From NCBI GenBank assembly GCA_963811105.1, contig CAWEPZ010000002.1, positions 320,001-384,000 of the forward strand: DNA of 64,000 nt, read 5' to 3'. A program made the translations under genes and the position numbers. This stretch comes from Candidatus Bathyarchaeota archaeon (GTDB lineage Archaea; Thermoproteota; Bathyarchaeia; Bathyarchaeales; Bathycorpusculaceae). Positions 20,563 through 28,559 of the stretch are shown in pieces. The stretch's first letter is position 1; every line of letters begins with the position of its first letter. The notes under the pieces are model-generated. The model was not told the DNA's origin, ran no database searches, and saw only the letters and a program-made list of their open reading frames with translations.

Positions 20563-21495
20563 ATGAAAAACTTTACAAAAATTTCGTTTATTCTGCTGAC
20601 TGCGTTGATATTAGTTTCAACTCTAAGCGTATTAGTGGGGTCAGCAAAAGCAGCTGGAAATCTAAGTTGCCAAGCATCCATCTCAAGCAGCAATCCTGGT
20701 GTTACAGAAGCTGCCTCATACAAATTCATAATTAATAACACGGGTGCAGCCACAATAGGCGACTTAAACATAACAGTTCCATCAGGCTATACGAACATCA
20801 AGAATCTTGCTATAACCCAACAGCCAGCTTCACAAACATGGACAATTAACAAGTCAGACAATTACGTTCTTCTTTATGGATCTAGTGAAGGATTAAGCAC
20901 TGGACAGAGCCTTTCATTCGGTTTTGATGCGCAAAACCCCCGTATAGCGGGAAACTATAAGTGGACAATTGGAGCTAACAAAAGCACTAGTTCAGATGGA
21001 CTTAATATTCCAGCATTCACGTTAGATGTTAATTATACCATTTCTATTACCACAATTATAGCTGCAATTATTATTTTTGGCATCGCAGCAAGTATTGCGT
21101 TTCTAAATACTGGATTGAACCGTTTTTTAATTAATTACTTTGTGGGTTGGGAGCAATACCGTGTTATGCAGAAAGAAATGAATGAGTATCGTAGGGAAAC
21201 AATGGCTGCTATGCGAGCTAATGACAAGAAGCAAGTTGAGAAATTAAAGAAGAAGGAATCTCAAGTTAAGAATATGCAAGCAAAGATGCTAAAACCCCAA
21301 ATGGTTCAGTTCGGCATATCATTCCTCTACATCTTTGTCTGGTTTTTCGTACTAACACCAGTATTCGGGATAACATCTTTGGTTTATGTGCCCGGATTTG
21401 GTGCTGTCCCGGTGATTTACTGGTACCCAATTTGCTCGTTCGGTTTAGGTTTACTTGCATCTCGTATACTGGGAATCATGCCTATCGAAAACTAA
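20563..21495 (+). CDS. DUF106/EMC3/TMCO1 (Oxa1-superfamily) membrane insertase with an extra N-terminal secreted domain
   Basis: Signal peptide ending AKA; about 130-aa Ser/Thr/Asn-rich beta region; then TM, coiled coil (MQKEMNEYRRE..DKKQVEKLKKKE), TM and YWYPICS; directly upstream of cmk. Confidence 0.85.
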   Translation: MKNFTKISFILLTALILVSTLSVLVGSAKAAGNLSCQASISSSNPGVTEAASYKFIINNTGAATIGDLNITVPSGYTNIKNLAITQQPASQTWTINKSDNYVLLYGSSEGLSTGQSLSFGFDAQNPRIAGNYKWTIGANKSTSSDGLNIPAFTLDVNYTISITTIIAAIIIFGIAASIAFLNTGLNRFLINYFVGWEQYRVMQKEMNEYRRETMAAMRANDKKQVEKLKKKESQVKNMQAKMLKPQMVQFGISFLYIFVWFFVLTPVFGITSLVYVPGFGAVPVIYWYPICSFGLGLLASRILGIMPIEN

Positions 21496-21517
21496 TTCAG
21501 AAATTATGGTGGCGCTA

Positions 21518-22132
21518 ATGGCTAAAAAGACAAATCTGTGCTTTTCAGACAAGAAAACCGTAATTTGTATTTCTGGAATGGCCGGAACTGGAAAAAGTAC
21601 GTTGTCAAAGAAACTTGCCCATAAATATAACCTAAAGTGTTATTCAGGCGGCGATGCGCTTAAGGAACTGGCAAAGGCAGAAGGTTATGACATGTCACAC
21701 GAAGGTTGGTGGGAGAGCCCTGAAGGTTTAGGCTTTCTTAAAGAAAGATTAAGTGACCCTAAATTTGACAAGGTAGTAGATGCCAAGCTACTTGAATACG
21801 CACAGCAGGGGAATGTTCTTTTAGACAGTTGGACCATGCCGTGGTTGCTTAAGGAGGGCTTTAAAATTTGGCTGATGGCTTCAATTGAAAAGAGAGCAGC
21901 AAGAGTAGCCGAGCGTGATAGAATAAGTGTTGATGAAGCATTCAAGGTATTGGAAGAGAAAGAAGCTAGGACAAAAGCAATTTACAAGAACCTTTACGGT
22001 TTTGATTTAGGTGAGGATCTTACGCCATTTGATTTGGTTTTGGACACCGATAATTTGAGTGCTCAAGAGGTTTTCGAGGTTCTTTGCAGAGTAATAGGTA
22101 ACGTAGTTTTTCCAGCTCCTAGGCCTGATTAA
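21518..22132 (+). CDS. cmk: Cytidylate kinase (archaeal type)
   Basis: ISGMAGTGKST P-loop, RAARVAERD and FDLVLDTDNLS motifs. Confidence 0.9.
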   Translation: MAKKTNLCFSDKKTVICISGMAGTGKSTLSKKLAHKYNLKCYSGGDALKELAKAEGYDMSHEGWWESPEGLGFLKERLSDPKFDKVVDAKLLEYAQQGNVLLDSWTMPWLLKEGFKIWLMASIEKRAARVAERDRISVDEAFKVLEEKEARTKAIYKNLYGFDLGEDLTPFDLVLDTDNLSAQEVFEVLCRVIGNVVFPAPRPD

Positions 22133-22561
22133 ATAGAACTTTTCCCTATCACATAATTCCATAGAACTTATTACTCTAAATAGACACATTTAGAAACTCT
22201 TCTTTAGCAAAATGCAGCTTAATGGGCGAAAGAGGAACCGTGAATGAAAAACTCAATATTAAATTGCTTAGCTACACTCCTGTTGCTAACAGTAGGCAGC
22301 ATAATGCGATAGAAAATATATGTACACTTGTTGTCACAGCTTTAATAACGCTTTTAACAATTATGCTTCTTTTTTGCCAGCAATTGTAGAACTAAGAAAA
22401 ACCGATCGACGCAGGTCCACGTTTAATATATGAGGCTGTGAAGCAGAATTGGATAGGAGCTTTGACAAATCCACTATTCGACATCGATGCTGAATTATAA
22501 CTTGTGTCTCTATTGACTTTGAATGTTTTCGGCTGGTTAGTTTTCTTTCGAATTTGGAGGC

Positions 22562-23602
22562 TTAGTTTCTTTTAAAGAGTAAGTTGGCGTTTTTCCATTG
22601 ATCTATTGCCAATGATAAATGCCCGTATGAACTTCCTTGAACAGAATAGAAAACGTAACATAGATAGCAGCATTGGGTACATTCATGATAGACTTTGCGT
22701 AGATCTTTGAATTCATTGCTGCCCCATTGTTTGGGCAAATCAAATACTGAGCCTGCGAAGTTGTGGCTGTGACATCCTGCAACTCTGCCTAAATGGTCTA
22801 TGACTAAAAAGTTATTTAGTGCTTGGCATTTCCATGTTCTCTCATCTTTTTCATAAAGGCTTTTTATTGTTTTTAGAAGTTTGTTGGTCATTAAGATTTT
22901 TTTATTCTTCTTTTTCATTTCTATGAGCGAATTGCATAGTTTAACCATGGCTTGTTTATCTGTTATCATGAAATCATCATTTTGTTTTCCAATTCTGAAG
23001 AGTTGTTTTTGGTCCTTGGAAGTGTCAAATGAGTAAAGGCAATACCAAACGGGAATTTCTTTTTCAGTGAAATAGTTTGTTAAGTCAACAATTTCATACA
23101 GGTTTTTCTGCGAAATTGTGGGCGTGACACTGACGTTTATTCCCTCTTTGTGAAGCGTTTCTACAGTTGCCATTGCTTTTCTCCAAGCCCCAGGGACAGC
23201 TTTTATTGCATCATTTTTTGCTTCGTTTAGGCTGTCTATTGAGATTGCTACGAAATCTACGTTTCTAAGGCAATCGATTTTTTTTGCAGCCATGCTTCCA
23301 TTGTCGTAAACGGTTGTTAGGAAAAGTTTTGTGGCATGATCAATAATTTCGTCGATGTCATCCCTAAGTAGCGGGTCTCCGCCTGAAAGTACAAGCTCAA
23401 TTATTCCCAAATCTTTCAGGATGTTTAGTCCTTTTTTTATTTCTTCGGCTGTTAGTTCTTTCTCGTCTTGTTCTTTCCATACGTTGCAACCTGCACAGCG
23501 GTAATTGCATTTTCTTGTTAGTAACCATTGAGCGTGGTGAGGCTTGCCGGGAACCATAGAGCGTGTTGCTATAGAAGTCGCTTTCTTGATGCTTGTCGTC
23601 AA
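22562..23602 (-). CDS. Radical SAM protein with C-terminal SPASM/twitch-like Cys cluster
   Basis: CNYRCAGC, SGGDPLLR and a C-terminal C...GC...CxxCxxxC pattern. Confidence 0.9.
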   Translation of the reverse strand: MTTSIKKATSIATRSMVPGKPHHAQWLLTRKCNYRCAGCNVWKEQDEKELTAEEIKKGLNILKDLGIIELVLSGGDPLLRDDIDEIIDHATKLFLTTVYDNGSMAAKKIDCLRNVDFVAISIDSLNEAKNDAIKAVPGAWRKAMATVETLHKEGINVSVTPTISQKNLYEIVDLTNYFTEKEIPVWYCLYSFDTSKDQKQLFRIGKQNDDFMITDKQAMVKLCNSLIEMKKKNKKILMTNKLLKTIKSLYEKDERTWKCQALNNFLVIDHLGRVAGCHSHNFAGSVFDLPKQWGSNEFKDLRKVYHECTQCCYLCYVFYSVQGSSYGHLSLAIDQWKNANLLFKRN

Positions 23603-23747
23603 ATAAGTGTCACTAGCCGCCTAAAGTTGGTATTACTATTTTTGATTAGAACTATAAAAACCATATTGGCGTTCAAGCACTATTTTCCTGCACCCGGAGC
23701 TTCAAGTCTTATCAGAAACTGTTTAGATGTAGAGTTCTTCAAACAAT

Positions 23748-24755
23748 TTAGCGGCTTAATGCATTCCATAGGTGGTCTGATACGGGTCTTGGCAGCATCT
23801 CCGCCGAGTCATCTTTATGCATCAATAAACGTTTGTTTGAGTTAGAGTTGAATTCGCCGATAACGTCAGCGTAAATGTGTTGTTGGCATAAGCTTTCAAC
23901 AATTCTGTCTGCTGACTCTGGCTGTGCGGCAACAAGCAGTGCGCCTGAACTGATCAGTTGCAATGGATCTATTTCATAGTACCGGCAGATTTTAGCGGTT
24001 TCAGGTTCAATTGTTATTCTTTCTTCAAAAATACGGATGCCTAAGCCTGCGGCGTCTGCCATTTCGTGTATGCCGTTCAGGATTCCTCCTTCAGTTGGGT
24101 CATGCATGGCATGGACTCCACCAGCCTTGTAAGCTGTTAAGGCATCTTTTACTACGCTTATCTGGTTGTAGAATAGTTTGGCGCTGCCAAGTAGGGTTGG
24201 GTCAAAAACCTTTTTCAGTTGCTCTTCCCGGTCAGTTGCTAATATGGCTGTGCCCTCGATCCCTGCGCTTTTGGTTAGAATCAGTTTATCACCACTTTTT
24301 GCTCCTGCAGCGGTGACGTATTTGCCTTTTTCTGTTAAGCCCATGACGCAGCCAACGACAATTGGGTTAGCAAGCCCCGGCGTTGACTCGCAGTGTCCAC
24401 CAACAATGGCTATTCCGAGTTCTTTTGCAGCCGAGTGCATCTGGGTGCTTATTATTTCAACGATTTTGCTGTCTGCGTTCTCTGGCAAAAGCAAGCATGA
24501 AAAGAAAAATGCTGGTTCAACCCCGAAAGTAGCCACATCATTAGCGTTTATATTGATTGCTTCCCAACCGATGCGTTCAACTGCCCCTGTGATGGGGTCC
24601 ATTGAAACGATTGCGTTTTTATTTCCAACATCAAGTACTGCGCCATCTACTCCGGCAGTTGGACCTACGATAATTTCGCTGCGTTCGGCTCCGAGATTTT
24701 TGAAAACTACTTCTTTGAGGATGTCTATGGGAATTTTTCCAGGCGGAAGCTTCAT
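23748..24755 (-). CDS. AIR synthase-related (PurM/HypE/ThiL superfamily) protein
   Basis: GKIP, DPITG, NANDVAT.G, GGHCE and MHDPTEGG motifs. Confidence 0.88.
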   Translation of the reverse strand: MKLPPGKIPIDILKEVVFKNLGAERSEIIVGPTAGVDGAVLDVGNKNAIVSMDPITGAVERIGWEAININANDVATFGVEPAFFFSCLLLPENADSKIVEIISTQMHSAAKELGIAIVGGHCESTPGLANPIVVGCVMGLTEKGKYVTAAGAKSGDKLILTKSAGIEGTAILATDREEQLKKVFDPTLLGSAKLFYNQISVVKDALTAYKAGGVHAMHDPTEGGILNGIHEMADAAGLGIRIFEERITIEPETAKICRYYEIDPLQLISSGALLVAAQPESADRIVESLCQQHIYADVIGEFNSNSNKRLLMHKDDSAEMLPRPVSDHLWNALSR

Positions 24756-24774
24756 AGCTATTTCTCTGTGTAGT

Positions 24775-25326
24775 CTAGCTTTTAAGGTGTTGACTATTTT
24801 TCTTGTTTAAACCTATCCAGGTTTCTGGGAATCTTCTGCGTAAAATTATGGCGACTGTTATTCCAACTATCCCGCCAACAGCTATTTGCAGTATGTTTGC
24901 GGGCACTTCCGAAAGTGCTACCCATCCTTCAGATAGTCCGAAGAATTCTGCTAGGAAGTATCCGCTCACCATTTCTGTTCCTCCTATAATGACGGCGACG
25001 ATGTCTCTTCTTTTGCTAAGTCTGTTGGATATCAAGCCTGCGATGATTCCTTCAGCCCCCTTAATTATGAGCGTAAATGGTGAAAAATATGCGTATCCTG
25101 TGAGAATATCGGAAAGAGCGGACCCGACTCCTCCTGCGAATCCGCCGACAAGTGGGCCGAGGGTAAAGGCGCTTATGAAAATTATGATATCGCCAAAGTT
25201 AAGATACCCTCTTGTGGCTGGAATGTAGATTTGGACTAAGGCGGTGGCGACTGTTGTTAGGGATGCCATTATTCCAGCTTGTGCAATTAGGAGGGTTATT
25301 CTCTGTCCATCATTTTTGTTTTGCAT
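24775..25326 (-). CDS. ECF transporter S component
   Basis: IPATRGYLNFGD, GGVGSALSD and PFTLIIKG motifs; 5-6 TM segments. Confidence 0.9.
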   Translation of the reverse strand: MQNKNDGQRITLLIAQAGIMASLTTVATALVQIYIPATRGYLNFGDIIIFISAFTLGPLVGGFAGGVGSALSDILTGYAYFSPFTLIIKGAEGIIAGLISNRLSKRRDIVAVIIGGTEMVSGYFLAEFFGLSEGWVALSEVPANILQIAVGGIVGITVAIILRRRFPETWIGLNKKNSQHLKS

Positions 25327-25504
25327 GTTTTCGTCCTATTTTTACGTCATAACTTGAATGTGAAGTGGGTCTTTTATGTTGTGCCGTTTCACTTATTGAG
25401 TTTGCTGGGTTGTTGTTTATGAGAATTTGGACATTAGGTTCTTGCTATAGGGGAAAATCTAAATGGGAGTTCACCACAAAATAGATACGAACAAAGTGAG
25501 AGTC

Positions 25505-25924
25505 ATGAGTACAAGTAACGTGAAGGAAGATCCAATTAAACTTCATAAACAAGCGATTTCGTTAATGGAAGACAGCAAGTATGAGGAGGCAAGAGACCTT
25601 TTTATCAAAACTGGTGAACTCTACTACAAAAGCCAGAATTATTTTGGTGCTGCAGAAATGTTCTACAAAGCCGGAGAAGCTGCTTTTGCCCTCAAAGACA
25701 ATGAGAAGGCTGCGGACCTCTTCATGAAATCCTCTGAAATATCGTTTAGCAAGGCCTTTGACAGATATGGCGTTAGCGCCTTAGAATATGCTAGGGACTG
25801 TTTCACAGCGCTTGGAAACCAAGAAAAAGTTGAAGAGCTAACTAAAAAGATTAAGGAAGTTAACCAGAAACTTAATGAAAGTTCAGGCAGCGACGAAGAC
25901 CAATCGTTCTCTGTATTTTCTTAA
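25505..25924 (+). CDS. TPR-like / SNAP-like helical repeat protein
   Basis: About 20-aa helical repeats: YEEARDLFIKTGELY / YFGAAEMFYKAGEAA / NEKAADLFMKSSEIS. Confidence 0.75.
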   Translation: MSTSNVKEDPIKLHKQAISLMEDSKYEEARDLFIKTGELYYKSQNYFGAAEMFYKAGEAAFALKDNEKAADLFMKSSEISFSKAFDRYGVSALEYARDCFTALGNQEKVEELTKKIKEVNQKLNESSGSDEDQSFSVFS

Positions 25925-26137
25925 TTCTTTTTTCTATTTGACAGATATGATTTATTTAGCGCAGCTTTAACTCCACTTTTAATTATTTGAGTGATGGAAA
26001 GTGAATAAAAGTGGAGGATGTCTGGGGTTCTTGCAAAAATCATGATAAAAACGGCAGTTTGCAGCTAGATTATCAGTGACTAATTAAATAAGCAACCGAA
26101 ACCCTATTTCTTTTAAAATAAGTTTCTTGGTTAATTC

Positions 26138-27834
26138 ATGTCTGCATTATTCAAGTCTCTCTCTGAACTTCTTGAAAAGATCGAAGCGACAACGAAACGA
26201 CTAGAAATAGTAGACTTAACCGCAAACTACCTAAAAACCCTCGCGTCCGACGAAATTGAGACGGCCGCAAACATGATGATTGGCCGGGCTTTCCCGAAAC
26301 ACAGTCAAAAGACGTTGGATGTAAGTTGGTCTACCCTTACCCGGGTTTTGGATCGGGTGAGCCAGTTTGAATGGGACAACTTCAGAGAAGCAATGGCATA
26401 CACAGGCGATATCGGTTCAGCAACCAAAGCAGTTCTTGAGCAATCCAAAGCAAAAAGGCAAACCCAATTGACCCAAAAACCCTTAACTATAACTGAAGTC
26501 AGGCGAGCACTCGAAGCAATCGCTCAAGCTTCAGGCGTAGGCTCAAGAACTAAGAAAGAACGCCTAATCACACAGCCTCTTCAGCCAAGCCACCCCAGTT
26601 GAGGCAAAATATCTGGTTAAAATCTTCACTGGCGAAATGCGAACGGGGCTGCAAGAAGGTTTGATGGAAAAAGCTGTTGCGAAAGCTTTCGATGTGACGC
26701 TAAACAGGGTTCAAAATGCTGGACATGGTTTTAGGCGATATTGGTGAGGTGGCTGGCGTGCTTCAAACTCAAGGGTTGAGTGGATTGGAGAAAGTTGGTT
26801 TTAGCGTTTTTAGACCCGTGAAGTTGATGCTTGCTCAAACAGCTCAAAGTATTTCTGAAGCGTTGGTTGAGCAAGGCGGCAAATCCGCATTTGAATTCAA
26901 ATATGATGGTTTTAGGGTTCAAATTCATAAGTTAAACGGCAGGGTAGAGATTTTTAGCAGAAGATTAAGTGACGTTACGGGTAGCTTGCCGGAAATTGTT
27001 GAAATTGTTAAAAGCAATATCAGAGCGGAGTCAATGATTGTTGAGGGTGAAGTTGTTGCTTTGGATAGTGCTGGTTTTCCAATGGCTTTTCAGCATTTGA
27101 TGCGACGGTTCAAGCGGGTCCGCGGTGTCACTGATATGGCGCAGCGCATCCCATTGACGCTTTACCTGTTTGATGTTCTCTACCTTAACTGTGAAAGCCT
27201 AATCACGCTGCCGTACACTGATCGAAGAAAAATCCTCGCAGAGAACGCCGGCGAAATCAGCTTAAGCAAACAAATAGTCCCCAACCTGCAGAACGAAGCC
27301 GAGAGTTTTCTTAAAGAGGCAATAGCTGCTGGACATGAAGGATTGATGGCAAAGAGACTTGATAGCCCCTACACTCCTGGACGACGAGGCAAGAAATGGT
27401 TGAAAATTAAGACAGTGCTCGAAACCTTAGACCTTGTCATTACTGCAGCCGAGTATGGTTACGGCAGGCGTAAAGGTTGGCTCTCCGATTACTATTTGGC
27501 GGCAAGAGATCCCAAGACAGGCGAGTTTCTGAATCTTGGGAAGACTTTCAAGGGTTTGACCGACGCCGAAATTATTGAGTTGACTAAAAAGCTTAAGGCT
27601 TCTGCGGTTGGGAGGGAGGGGGATCGTGTTGTGGTTATTCCTAAAATTGTGGTTGAAGTTACTTACAATGAGATTCAGAAAAGTCCCAAATACAAAAGCC
27701 ATATGGCGTTGAGGTTTGCGCGGATCACTCGGATCCGGGAAGATAAAACGCCTCAAGAAGCTGACACTATAAACAGAGTTAAAGAAATTTATGAGAGGCA
27801 GTTCAAAACTAAAGGAGATTTTTCCAAAATATAA
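26138..27834 (+). pseudogene. lig: ATP-dependent DNA ligase split by two +1 frameshifts (pseudogene or sequencing error)
   Basis: N-terminal domain 26138-~26572; bridge SLFSQATPVEAKYLVKIFTGEMRTGLQEG in another frame; catalytic part with KYDGFR, EGLMAK, WLKIK and LRFARI from ~26725. Confidence 0.85.
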
Positions 27835-28006
27835 CCGTGCGCTTTGTTGGGTGTCAGTGACATTTTTCAACCTTGAACGCTTGCCGACGGCGACTACACA
27901 ATAAAATACTTCATGTTTCCAACAAAGACCTCTCTCTGATTTCGGCTTCTGAAGTCTTACCTTTCTTGATGCAGACTCCTATGTCTTCCGTATCTCTTGC
28001 GTTTAG

Positions 28007-28230
28007 TAATTACCCAGCCATATTTTTCATTTTTGACACTAGAATCGCTTCGTCGGACTGCCTGTGCCTGTTGGTGAATCCCAGCCTTTTTAGCAGTATA
28101 ACTTTGCACATTGTTACCCGTGGAATATGTATTGTTGCCAGATTTTATATCTCGAATAGCACCCGCCCTGATGCACGTAGTTATGAAAGGTTACTTATGA
28201 TTGAGGCGGAACCATGACCTACCCAGATTG
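28007..28230 (-). pseudogene. Remnant of the 3' end of an S53 (sedolisin) protease gene
   Basis: Frameshifted translation GAIRDIKSGNNTYSTGNNVQSYTAKK/WDSPTGTGS/DEAILVSKM aligns with GAFHDIILGDNTYPTGNTLQGYKATRSWDAPTGIGSPDAAILVPKL of 33118..34653. Confidence 0.75.
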
Positions 28231-28559
28231 CAATGTCTTCGATTCAAAAACTCTCAGGTTGCAGATATCGGTCCTGCGAAAGCTATTAAATTCTTCTGGT
28301 TAAAGAATTTTGAATTATAAGTGGCTTGTAGTTGTGTGAAATTTCTGTCGGTTTCTAAAATTCTGAAAAATGAATCCGGCTATGTTGCTTTCGGCTTTGC
28401 ATATCTTCTATAATTTGACAATTTCGCCTTGTTTTGAACACACTGTTCTATTTTAAAAAATTTTAAACAAAATACGCGGTAAATTTTCTTAGCTTTTAAG
28501 GAAAAGTCTCACCATGGTGTTAAAAAGAAAAAGGGGGATTAGATTTCCGTTTTGATTTA

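Noticed and set aside
22133-22561. 430-nt gap after cmk where rpl14e or cbf5 might be expected
   Set aside because: No such ORF or recognisable remnant could be read.
24178-25228. Long antisense ORFs (210 aa and 141 aa), and similar ones opposite ilvC, arsM, rpl10 and larA
   Set aside because: They mirror well-supported genes on the other strand and carry no recognisable motifs.
26560-26730. Programmed ribosomal frameshifting in the ligase
   Set aside because: No slippery heptamer or obvious stimulatory structure, and two successive shifts would be needed.
27873-28217. 114-aa + strand ORF
   Set aside because: It is antisense to the S53 protease remnant and has no motifs.
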